From Acidobacteriota bacterium (GTDB taxonomy: Bacteria > Acidobacteriota > Vicinamibacteria > Vicinamibacterales > UBA2999), in contig JBFMCA010000007.1 of NCBI GenBank assembly GCA_040754955.1, positions 6,123-70,122 of the forward strand: a stretch of DNA of 64,000 nt, read 5' to 3'. Under the pieces are notes generated by a model that saw only the letters and a program-made list of their open reading frames with translations, did no database searches and had not been told where the DNA came from. Below, one piece after another: positions 49,448 to 58,012 of this stretch. Every line of letters begins with the position of its first letter. The stretch's first letter is position 1. Position numbers and translations under genes: made by a program.

Positions 49448-50420
49448 GGGCAGCCTCCGCGGCCGGGGCCGGCGCCTCGCCGGCGCCCGCGGTTTCCTCC
49501 GTCGTAAGGCTGAGGAAGATGTCCTCGAGGCTCATGCGCACCGGCCGCAGCTCGAGCAGCCGCCATCCGCGGCCCACGACCACCGCGGCCAGCTCCGCCC
49601 GCACGTCCAGGCCGCGTTCGCTGTCCACCTCGAACTCGGGAGCCTCCGGCCGCGCCGCGGACGTCACCCGCGTCACGCCCGGCACCGCGCGGAGAGCCTC
49701 CTCGACGTCCGGCGCGGGACCCGCCACCTGCACGTGGACCGTCGCCGCGCCGCGCAGCCGCGCCGTGAGGTTCTCGGGCGTGTCGACGGCGACGACCCGG
49801 CCCTTGTTGATGATGACCACCCGCTGGCAGGTCTGCGACACCTCGGGCAGGATGTGCGTGCTCAGGATGATCGTGTGCGAGCCCGCCAGCTCGCGGATGA
49901 GCTGACGCGTCTCGATGATCTGCTTGGGATCGAGACCCGCCGTGGGTTCGTCGAGCACGAGCACGTCCGGGTTGTGGATGATGGCCTGCGCCAGCCCGAC
50001 CCGCTGCTTGTAGCCCTTCGAGAGCTTGCTGCACTGGCGGCCCGCCATGTCGGCCACCCACGTCCGCTTCATGACCTCGTCCACCCGCGTCCGGAGATCG
50101 CGGCGCGCCACGCCCTTGATCTTGCCGACGAACGTCAGGTAGTCGCGCACCGTCATGTCCGGATAGAGCGGCGGGTTCTCCGGCAGGTAGCCGGTCCGGC
50201 GCTTCGCCTCGAGCGGCTGCTCGAAGACGTCGTAGCCGGCGACGACCACCTTGCCCGCCGTGGCCGGCATGAACCCCGTGATCACCCGCATCGTCGTGCT
50301 CTTGCCGGCGCCGTTCGGTCCGAGGAAGCCGAGAATCTCCCCCGGCTCGACACGGAACGTGACGTCGTCTACCGCGGTGACCGGGCCGTACCGCTTCGAG
50401 AGGTGGTGAACCTCAATCAC
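49440..50420 (-). CDS. ABC transporter ATP-binding protein (GldA-like)
   Basis: GPNGAGKS, LSKGYKQR, LDEPTAGLD. Confidence 0.93.
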   Translation of the reverse strand: MIEVHHLSKRYGPVTAVDDVTFRVEPGEILGFLGPNGAGKSTTMRVITGFMPATAGKVVVAGYDVFEQPLEAKRRTGYLPENPPLYPDMTVRDYLTFVGKIKGVARRDLRTRVDEVMKRTWVADMAGRQCSKLSKGYKQRVGLAQAIIHNPDVLVLDEPTAGLDPKQIIETRQLIRELAGSHTIILSTHILPEVSQTCQRVVIINKGRVVAVDTPENLTARLRGAATVHVQVAGPAPDVEEALRAVPGVTRVTSAARPEAPEFEVDSERGLDVRAELAAVVVGRGWRLLELRPVRMSLEDIFLSLTTEETAGAGEAPAPAAEAAHA

Positions 50421-50524
50421 GCCAATCTCCTGTAAGCTATAGGCGCGGCATCGACTGGGACACCGCAGCCCCCCATCCTATCGGAACCGCCGGGAATGCG
50501 GCAAGCGCGCCCGCGCCAGAACCG

Positions 50525-53053
50525 GTGAAACGACTCTTCCTCGTCCTGTCCCTGCTCGCCGTTCTTCTGTCCGGCGCCGCCTGGTGGTGGCTCCGGGGGT
50601 CTCTGCCCCCTTTGGACGGTGAAGTCCCGCTGGCCGGCCTGCGGGCGCCGGTTGAAGTGCTCTTCGACACCTACGGCGTGCCGCACGTCTACGCGCGGGA
50701 TCCCGAGGACGCCTGGTTCGCGGCCGGGGCCCTGCACGCCCGCGACCGGCTGTGGCAGATGGAGCTCTACCGCCGCGCCGCGGACGGCCGGCTGTCGGAG
50801 ATGCTCGGGGAATCCGCGCTCCCGGCCGACCGCCGCCTGCTGACCCTCGGGCTTCGGGACGCGGCCGAGCGGGAGTGGCGCACGACGGGTCCGGCGGCGC
50901 GCCGCATGCTGCAGCGCTACGCCGCGGGCGTCAATGCGGTGGCGGGGGCGCAGCGCGGGCGCCAGCGGCCCATCGAGCTGCAGCTGCTCGGCGTGATGCC
51001 GCAGCCGTGGACGCCGTCCGACTCGCTGGCGGTGGGCCGTCTGCTGGCGTGGCGGCTGGCGGAGAACCACCAGGCCGAGCTCGTGCGCGCCGCGCTCACC
51101 GCGCGTGTGGGCGAAGGCGAGGCCCTGCGTTTGACGGGCGGCTACCCCCGGGAGGCGCCCGAGACCGTGGCGCGCCATGAGGGCCCGGCGCCGGGGCTGC
51201 CCACGCCCGGGGCGGGCGCCGCCCGGCCGGCGCGGTGGCCGAGGGGCCTCGAGTGGCTCGACCCGACCGCGAAGCGCGGCAACTCGAACGCGTGGGTCCT
51301 GGCGCCGTCGCGAACCGCGACGGGCCGGCCGATCCTGGCCAACGATCCGCATCTGCTCATCGAGTTCCCGTCGGTGTGGTACGAGCTGCACCTGGTGGCG
51401 CGCGACCTGGATGTGACCGGCGTGACGGTGCCGGGCGCTCCGGTGATCCCGATCGGCCACAACGCGCGCATCGCGTGGGGGATGACCAACACGGGCGCCG
51501 ACGTGCAGGACCTCTTCCTGGAGCGCCTCGACGTGGCGCGCCGTCGGGTGTGGCGACCGGGAGGCTGGCAGCCGGTGGAGGTGCAGGCCGCCGACATCCC
51601 GGTCCGCGGCCGGGCGCCGGAGCCCTTCGAGGTGTGGCGGACGTCGAACGGGCCGGTCTTCGCGGACACCAGCCTCGACTGGCGGGAGCCGCCGCGCTGG
51701 TTGTCGCCGGCCGCGCCGCGGGAGGGCGAGGCGCGCGCGTATGCCCTCCGGTGGGCGGGGCTCGACGGGGAGATTGCCGGCGCCTTCGAGGCGCTGCACC
51801 GGGCGTCGACGTGGCGCGAGTTCACCGCGGCCGTCGAGCGCTTCGCGACGCCGTCGCAGAACGCGTTCTTCGCGGATGTGGACGGGAACATCGGCTATGC
51901 CATGTCCGGCGTGCTGCCGGTGCGCGCGAGCGGCGACGGCCGCCTGCCGCGCGCGGGCGGGGCGGGCGACGGCCGGTGGGCGGGGCGCGTGGACCCGGCG
52001 ACCCTGCCGCGCGCGTTCAACCCGCCGGCTGGCTGGATCGCGTCGTCGAACAACGAGATCGATCGCGACTGGCCGGGGCTCATCACGCGCGACTGGATGG
52101 CGCCGTTCCGCATCACGCGGCTCGCGGCGCTCCTTGGCGAGCACGACCGCCTCGACCTCGACGGGGTCGCCGCGATCCAGAACGACACGCGCAACGAGGC
52201 GGCGGCGCTCATCGTGGCCGCGCTCCCGCGGGCCGCTGCCGCCGCCGGCCGCCGGGGCGCGCCGGCGGAGGTGGTGCGCGGGCTCGAGCGGCTGGCGGCG
52301 TGGACGCGCGTCGTCGATGGCGGACCGGACGCGGCGCTGTTCGAGGTGTTCGAGGATGCGCTGTGGCGCCGGACGTTTGCCGACGAGCTCGGCGCCGATC
52401 TCTTCGACGTGTTCTACGATTGGGCGGGCGCCGAACGGATGGCCGGCCTCTACGTCGTCGTCGGCACGCCGGAGTCGCGGTGGTTCGACGACATCGGGAC
52501 GCTCGAACGGCGGGAGACCTGGGACGATGTCGCGGCGCTTGCGATGGCCGACGCGCTCGAGCGGCTCCGCTCCGAGCAGGGGGGCGAGTGGTCGTGGGCG
52601 CGGCTGCACGCGGCGCGGTTCGATCACCCGCTGGCGGCTGCCGCGGCGCCGCTCGGCTGGCTGCTGAGCCGCGGGCCGGTCCCGGTGGCCGGGGACATCT
52701 ACACCGTCATGCGCGTCAGTTATCGGAGGACGGGCGGCTTCGCGGCGTGGGAGCACCCGTCATGGCGCCAGGTGCTCGATGTCGGGCAGTGGGACGCGTC
52801 GCGCGTGGTGCTGCCGGCCGGGCAGTCGGGGCACCCGCTGAGCGCGCACTACTTCGACCAGAACGCGCTCTGGCGCGCGGGGCAGTATCGTCCCCATTCG
52901 TTCAGCCGCGAGGCCGTGGAGCGGGCGCGGGCTGGACGGGTGGTGATGGTGCCTGCGGGAATGGCGAATGGCGAATGGCGAATGGCGAAGGAAGAAGGCG
53001 TCGTCAATCCCTTTCGCCATTCGCCATTCGTCATTCGTCATTCGTCATTTTGA
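50525..53053 (+). CDS. Penicillin acylase family (S45 Ntn-hydrolase)
   Basis: DTYGVPHVYA, DRLWQM, GNSNAW nucleophile, ANDPHL, PAGQSGH..S.HY.DQ. The last ~30 aa are encoded by a repeat hairpin. Confidence 0.92.
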   Translation: MKRLFLVLSLLAVLLSGAAWWWLRGSLPPLDGEVPLAGLRAPVEVLFDTYGVPHVYARDPEDAWFAAGALHARDRLWQMELYRRAADGRLSEMLGESALPADRRLLTLGLRDAAEREWRTTGPAARRMLQRYAAGVNAVAGAQRGRQRPIELQLLGVMPQPWTPSDSLAVGRLLAWRLAENHQAELVRAALTARVGEGEALRLTGGYPREAPETVARHEGPAPGLPTPGAGAARPARWPRGLEWLDPTAKRGNSNAWVLAPSRTATGRPILANDPHLLIEFPSVWYELHLVARDLDVTGVTVPGAPVIPIGHNARIAWGMTNTGADVQDLFLERLDVARRRVWRPGGWQPVEVQAADIPVRGRAPEPFEVWRTSNGPVFADTSLDWREPPRWLSPAAPREGEARAYALRWAGLDGEIAGAFEALHRASTWREFTAAVERFATPSQNAFFADVDGNIGYAMSGVLPVRASGDGRLPRAGGAGDGRWAGRVDPATLPRAFNPPAGWIASSNNEIDRDWPGLITRDWMAPFRITRLAALLGEHDRLDLDGVAAIQNDTRNEAAALIVAALPRAAAAAGRRGAPAEVVRGLERLAAWTRVVDGGPDAALFEVFEDALWRRTFADELGADLFDVFYDWAGAERMAGLYVVVGTPESRWFDDIGTLERRETWDDVAALAMADALERLRSEQGGEWSWARLHAARFDHPLAAAAAPLGWLLSRGPVPVAGDIYTVMRVSYRRTGGFAAWEHPSWRQVLDVGQWDASRVVLPAGQSGHPLSAHYFDQNALWRAGQYRPHSFSREAVERARAGRVVMVPAGMANGEWRMAKEEGVVNPFRHSPFVIRHSSF
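52959..53050. repeat. Heptamer tandem-repeat hairpin (GAATGGC x4 ... TCGYCAT x5)
   Basis: Read directly from the sequence; the arms are reverse complements allowing G:T pairs. Confidence 0.85.
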
Positions 53054-53069
53054 TACCAAAGGAGCCGTC

Positions 53070-53540
53070 ATGTCGGTTGAGGTTGGCGCGCGGGCGCCGG
53101 AGTTCACGCTGATGAACGAGGATCGGCAGCCGGTGTCGCTGAGCGGGCTGCTGGCGAACGGGCCGGTGGTGCTGGCGTTCGTGCCGGCGGCGTTCAGCGG
53201 GACGTGCGAGAAGGAGCTGTGCACGTTCCGGGACTCGCTGGCGGAGTTCGCGGGCCTGGGGGCGCAGGTGGCGGCCATCAGCGTGGACAGCTTCTTCGCG
53301 CTCAAGGCGTGGGCGGCGGCGCAGCGGTTTGGCTTCCCGCTGTTGAGCGACTTCAACAAGGAAGTCATCCACCTCTACGGGGTGTACAACCCCGACATGA
53401 TCGGGCTGAAGGGCCTGGCCAAGCGCGCGGTGTTCGTGGTGGATCGGACGGGCATCGTGCGGCACCGGGAGGTGCTCGAGGACGCCCGGCTCGAGCCCGA
53501 TTACGGGGCGGTGCGGGCGGCGGTTGCCTCGCTCGGGTGA
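53070..53540 (+). CDS. Peroxiredoxin (AhpC/TSA family)
   Basis: AGGAG RBS; APEFTL, PAAFSGTCEKELC, LLSDFN, RAVFVVD. Confidence 0.9.
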   Translation: MSVEVGARAPEFTLMNEDRQPVSLSGLLANGPVVLAFVPAAFSGTCEKELCTFRDSLAEFAGLGAQVAAISVDSFFALKAWAAAQRFGFPLLSDFNKEVIHLYGVYNPDMIGLKGLAKRAVFVVDRTGIVRHREVLEDARLEPDYGAVRAAVASLG

Positions 53541-53561
53541 GGGGCGGTATACAATGAACGT

Positions 53562-53969
53562 ATGAGCAAACGCTCAGGCGTTCCGGCCGCCGCCGACACC
53601 TGCGACGTCGTCCACCTCCACCCGGCCCGGGTCGCGGCGCTCCGCCGCGCGCTCATCGGCGCCGACGCCGTCGTCGACCTGGCCGAGACCTTCCGCGCGC
53701 TCGGCGACCCCACGCGGGTCCGCATCCTCGACGCGCTCTCGCACGGCGAGCTCTGCGTCTGCGACCTGGCGGCGCTCGTCGGCCTGTCGGAGTCGGCGGT
53801 GTCCCACCAGCTACGGCTGCTGCGGGCGCTCCGGCTCGTGCGCCCCCGCCGCGAGGGCCGCATGGTGTTCTACGCGCTCGACGACCGGCACATCATGGTG
53901 CTCTTCCGGCAGGGGCTGCGGCACGTCGAGGAGGCGGGCGCGCGGCCGATGGCGCGACAGGCGCGATGA
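53562..53969 (+). CDS. ArsR/SmtB family metal-responsive repressor
   Basis: [32 protein letters not shown]. Confidence 0.93.
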   Translation: MSKRSGVPAAADTCDVVHLHPARVAALRRALIGADAVVDLAETFRALGDPTRVRILDALSHGELCVCDLAALVGLSESAVSHQLRLLRALRLVRPRREGRMVFYALDDRHIMVLFRQGLRHVEEAGARPMARQAR

Positions 53970-56104
53970 TGCCGCCCGCGGCCCCGGCCGCGTGCACGCG
54001 CTGCGCCGTGCACGCCGAGTCGGTCTTCACCGTCAGCGGCCTGTGCTGCAGCGAGGAGGCCACGCTTCTCGACCGCCGGCTTCGGCCGCTGCCGGGCGTC
54101 GAGGACGTCTCCGTCGACGTCGTGGGCCAGAAGCTCCGCATCACCTACGACGCGGCGGTCGTGTCGACCACCGGCATCTCCGACGCCGTCGCGGAGACGG
54201 GCATGCGCGCCTGGCTGGAGCACGACGCGCCGCTGGCGCCGCCCACCTCGCGGCTGCTGAGCGGGCTCGTCGCCGCGTCGGGCGCCGGGCTGGCGGCGGG
54301 GCTGACGGCGTCGGTGGCCGGCTGGCCCGACGTGTGGCGCACGGCGCCGCTCGTCGCCGCGGCGGCGGCGGGCGCGGTGCTGCCGGCGCGGAAGGCGCTC
54401 AGGTCGCTCCGGTCCGGCGCGGTGGACATCAACGTGCTGATGCTCATCGCCGTGGCGGGCGCGCTCGCGCTGGAGGAATGGGGCGAGGCGGCGACCGTCG
54501 TGTTCCTCTTTGCCGTGGCCCAGTGGCTGGAGGTGCGCAGCCTGGACCGCGCGCGGCACGCCATCCGGGCGCTGATGGACCTGGCGCCCGTCGAGGTGCG
54601 CCTCAAGCACGACGCGCACGAGCATCGCGTGCCCGTCGATCAAGTCGAGCCCGGCGTGCTGATGGTGGTCCGGCCTGGCGAGAAGATCCCGCTCGACGGC
54701 ATCGTCGTCGACGGCCAGTCCGCGGTGAACCAGTCGCCCATCACGGGCGAGTCGCTGCCCGTCGAGAAGGCTCCGGGCGACGAGGTGTTCGCCGGTACGA
54801 TCAACGGCCACGGCGCGCTCGAGGTGCGGGTCACGCGGCGGCAGCGCGACACGACGCTGGCGCGCATCATCCATCTCGTGGAGGAGGCGCAGGCGCAGCG
54901 CGCGCCGGCGCAGCAGTTCATCGACCGCTTCGCGCGGCGGTACACGCCCGCGGTGGTCGCCGGCGCGGTGCTCGTCGCGCTGGTGCCCTGGCTGCTGCTC
55001 GGCCAGCCGTTCGACACGTGGTTCTACCGCGCGCTCGTGCTGCTCGTCATCGCGTGCCCCTGCGCGCTCGTGATCTCGACGCCCGTGTCGATCGTGTCGG
55101 CGCTCGCCGGCGCGGCCCGGCACGGCGTGCTGGTCAAGGGCGGGCGCCACCTCGAGCGGCTGGCCGCGGTGACGGCGCTGGCCTTCGACAAGACGGGCAC
55201 GCTCACCCGCGGCATCGTGCGCATTCGCGACGTGCGGCCGGCGCCCGGCGTCAGCGCCCCGGAGCTGCTGGCCGTCGCGGCCGCGGTCGAGGCGCGTTCG
55301 GAGCACCCCGTGGCCGCGGCTGTCGTGCACGAGGCCCGGCGTCGCGGCGTCCCGGTGCCGCCGGCGTCGGGCGTGCGGGCGCTGCCCGGCCTCGGCGCGG
55401 AGGGGCAGGTGGACGGCGCGGCGGTGATCGTCGGCAGCCCGCGCCTCTTCGCGGACCGGGGGATCCCTGCCGACGAGTGGACGGCGATGGCCGATGCGAT
55501 CACGTCCGCCGGCGCCTCGCCGGTGCTGGTCGCCCGGGATGGGCGGGTCCTCGGCGCGCTGGGCGCGGCCGACGAGGCGCGCCCGGAGGCCCGCGCCGTC
55601 GTCGAGCGCCTGCACGCCCTGGGGGTGTCGCCGGTGGTGATGGTGACGGGCGATCACGAGCGCGCCGCGCGCGCCACTGCGGCGGCGCTCGGGATTGACG
55701 ACGTGCGCGCGGGGCTGCTGCCGCACGACAAGGTGACGGCCGTGCGCGCGCTCGGCGTCGACCGGGTCGTCGCCATGGTGGGCGACGGCGTCAACGACGC
55801 GCCCGCGCTGGCGGCCGCCGACGTCGGCATCGCGATGGGCGCCATCGGCAGCGCCGCGGCGCTCGAAACGGCGGACGTGGCGCTCATGACCGACGAGCTG
55901 GACCGGCTGCCCTACGCGGTGCGGCTCAGCCGCGCCACCGTGGCGAACATCCGCGCGAACGTGGCGATCTCGCTGGCGCTGAAGGCGGTGTTCCTGGTCG
56001 CGGCCCTCGCCGGCGTGGCGACCCTGTGGATGGCGGTGCTGGCCGACACCGGCACGTCGCTCATCGTGGTGGGCAACGCGCTGCGCCTGCTGAAGACGCG
56101 GTAG
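53966..56104 (+). CDS. cadA: Heavy-metal P1B-type ATPase (Cd/Zn/Pb type)
   Basis: N-terminal CxxC and GLCC metal-binding motifs; [24 protein letters not shown]. Confidence 0.88.
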   Translation: MMPPAAPAACTRCAVHAESVFTVSGLCCSEEATLLDRRLRPLPGVEDVSVDVVGQKLRITYDAAVVSTTGISDAVAETGMRAWLEHDAPLAPPTSRLLSGLVAASGAGLAAGLTASVAGWPDVWRTAPLVAAAAAGAVLPARKALRSLRSGAVDINVLMLIAVAGALALEEWGEAATVVFLFAVAQWLEVRSLDRARHAIRALMDLAPVEVRLKHDAHEHRVPVDQVEPGVLMVVRPGEKIPLDGIVVDGQSAVNQSPITGESLPVEKAPGDEVFAGTINGHGALEVRVTRRQRDTTLARIIHLVEEAQAQRAPAQQFIDRFARRYTPAVVAGAVLVALVPWLLLGQPFDTWFYRALVLLVIACPCALVISTPVSIVSALAGAARHGVLVKGGRHLERLAAVTALAFDKTGTLTRGIVRIRDVRPAPGVSAPELLAVAAAVEARSEHPVAAAVVHEARRRGVPVPPASGVRALPGLGAEGQVDGAAVIVGSPRLFADRGIPADEWTAMADAITSAGASPVLVARDGRVLGALGAADEARPEARAVVERLHALGVSPVVMVTGDHERAARATAAALGIDDVRAGLLPHDKVTAVRALGVDRVVAMVGDGVNDAPALAAADVGIAMGAIGSAAALETADVALMTDELDRLPYAVRLSRATVANIRANVAISLALKAVFLVAALAGVATLWMAVLADTGTSLIVVGNALRLLKTR

Positions 56105-56110
56105 CGGCGG

Positions 56111-56827
56111 CTACGCGCCGGTGCGGAAGAAGTGCGCGTCGACGAACTCGTCGATCTCCGCCTGCGCCGCGGCGGCCACGCGCAGGAACTGCAGGCCCAT
56201 GCCGGCCTGCGGGCTGCTCCAGCACACCCTGGCCTCCGCATCGATGTCGCGCTTCGATCCGGGCAGGCGGAATCGCAGGCGCACGCGCGCGTCGGATGCT
56301 GGCGGGCCGGTGGTGCGGATGGCGACGCCGCCGTGGCTCAGGTTGAGCGTGAGGGCCGCGGCGGTGGTGTTGCCGACGCGGTACGAGATCGGGATGCCGA
56401 GGACGACGCGCGGGCTTCCACGCCGGTTGTAGTCGGACGGGTACAGGTGCGGCGCGAGCGTGGGCAGGATGTGCTGCACCGCGCTGTACTCGTTCACGTA
56501 GCCGCCCACGCCAAGCGCGGCGAGCGCCTTCACCTCGTCGGCGCTCGCCACCGAGCCGCTGAACACGAGCACCGGCAGCTTTCCGGCGTCGATCTTCCGC
56601 AGGGTCTTCACGATCTCGACGCCCGCGCCGTGCGGAAGGCGGAGGTCGAGCACGAGCAGGTCGAGGCGCGCGAGATCGGCGCGCACGCGCCCGAGCACTT
56701 CGGCCGCGCTGCGCGCGACGAGCACGTGGTGCCCCGCGTCTTCGAGCGCGCTCTTGAAGCGATCGCGGACCGACGGGGTTTCGGCTGCGATCAGAATGGT
56801 CTTCGCCGTGGCCTGGGCGGGCGTCAT
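56111..56827 (-). CDS. Receiver-like domain fused to PilZ domain
   Basis: N-terminal REC-like fold (LLVLDLRLP); PilZ motifs RRGSPR and NLSHGG. Confidence 0.8.
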   Translation of the reverse strand: MTPAQATAKTILIAAETPSVRDRFKSALEDAGHHVLVARSAAEVLGRVRADLARLDLLVLDLRLPHGAGVEIVKTLRKIDAGKLPVLVFSGSVASADEVKALAALGVGGYVNEYSAVQHILPTLAPHLYPSDYNRRGSPRVVLGIPISYRVGNTTAAALTLNLSHGGVAIRTTGPPASDARVRLRFRLPGSKRDIDAEARVCWSSPQAGMGLQFLRVAAAAQAEIDEFVDAHFFRTGA

Positions 56828-56919
56828 GGTGGCCGGTTCGAGGGCGGTGTCGTTGCAGACTGTATCAGGTTCCCGATATAATTCCGACTACCCGTGACCG
56901 TTCCGATCAGGAGCATCTG

Positions 56920-57168
56920 ATGGCCGCCACCTGCCCCGAGTGTGACATGGAGGTCGAGATCGACGAGGCCGACGTCGAGATCGGGGACGAGCTGTCCTGC
57001 TCCGAGTGCGGCGCCCTGCTTCGCGTCGCCAGCGACTCTCCGCTGGAATTCGAGTCCATCGACGACGAGGACGACGACCTCGACGATGACGACGAGGACG
57101 ATGACGACGAGTTCGGCGACGACGACGAGGACTGGGACGACGACGACGAGACCGACGACGACGACTGA
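56920..57168 (+). CDS. Small Zn-ribbon protein (LysW-like) with poly-Asp/Glu tail
   Basis: AGGAG RBS; CPEC...CSEC, then a tail of about 35 residues that is almost entirely acidic. Confidence 0.8.
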   Translation: MAATCPECDMEVEIDEADVEIGDELSCSECGALLRVASDSPLEFESIDDEDDDLDDDDEDDDDEFGDDDEDWDDDDETDDDD

Positions 57169-57184
57169 GTCGCCGGCACCTCCC

Positions 57185-58012
57185 GTGTCCGAGGCGCTCC
57201 GATCCCGGGAACGCGCCCTCCACGCCATCCTGCGCGACCTCGGTTCGACCCTCGTCGCCTTCAGCGGCGGCGTCGACAGCGCATACCTCGCCTGGGCGGC
57301 CCACGCGGTGCTCGGCCCGCGCGCGCTGGCGGTCACCGGCGACAGCCCGAGCTACCCCGATCGGCACCGGCAGATGGCCCTCCGCCTCGCGCGCGACTTC
57401 GGCTTCGCGCACGAGATGGTCCCGACCGCGGAGCTCGCGCGCGCCGAGTACCGCGCCAACGGCGCCGCGCGCTGCTATCACTGCAAGACCGAGCTGTACG
57501 GCCGGCTGACCGCCCTGGCCCGCGCGCGGGGCTTCGCCTCGGTCGTCGACGGCAGCAACGCCGACGATCGCGGCGACTATCGCCCGGGCCGCCAGGCCGC
57601 GCGGGAGCACGGCGTGCGCAGCCCGCTCGACGAGGCCGGGCTTTCGAAGGACGACATCCGCGCCCTCTCGCAGGCCGCGGGCCTGCCCACGTGGGACGAG
57701 CCGGCGTCGGCCTGCCTGTCGTCGCGCATTCCGTACGGGAGCGAGGTGACCGACGAGAAGCTCCGGCAGATTGAGCGCGCCGAGGAGCTCGTCCGCGATC
57801 TCGGCTTCCGCGTCTTTCGCGTCCGCCACCACGACCACGTCGCCCGGCTGGAGATCGCGCGGGACGAGATGGGGCGCGCGCTGGACGCCGACGTCAGTCG
57901 GCGGCTGGTCGACGGGCTCAAGGCGCTCGGCTACCAGTACGTGAGCCTCGATCTTCAGGGTTACCGCCTCGGCAGCCTGAACGAGGCGCTGCGCCTCCGC
58001 CCCGTCCCGTGA
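57185..58012 (+). CDS. larE: ATP-dependent sulfur transferase LarE family (PP-loop)
   Basis: VAFSGGVDS, RCYHCK, DYRPG, CLSSRIPYG, RVRHH, GYRLGSLN. Confidence 0.88.
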   Translation: MSEALRSRERALHAILRDLGSTLVAFSGGVDSAYLAWAAHAVLGPRALAVTGDSPSYPDRHRQMALRLARDFGFAHEMVPTAELARAEYRANGAARCYHCKTELYGRLTALARARGFASVVDGSNADDRGDYRPGRQAAREHGVRSPLDEAGLSKDDIRALSQAAGLPTWDEPASACLSSRIPYGSEVTDEKLRQIERAEELVRDLGFRVFRVRHHDHVARLEIARDEMGRALDADVSRRLVDGLKALGYQYVSLDLQGYRLGSLNEALRLRPVP

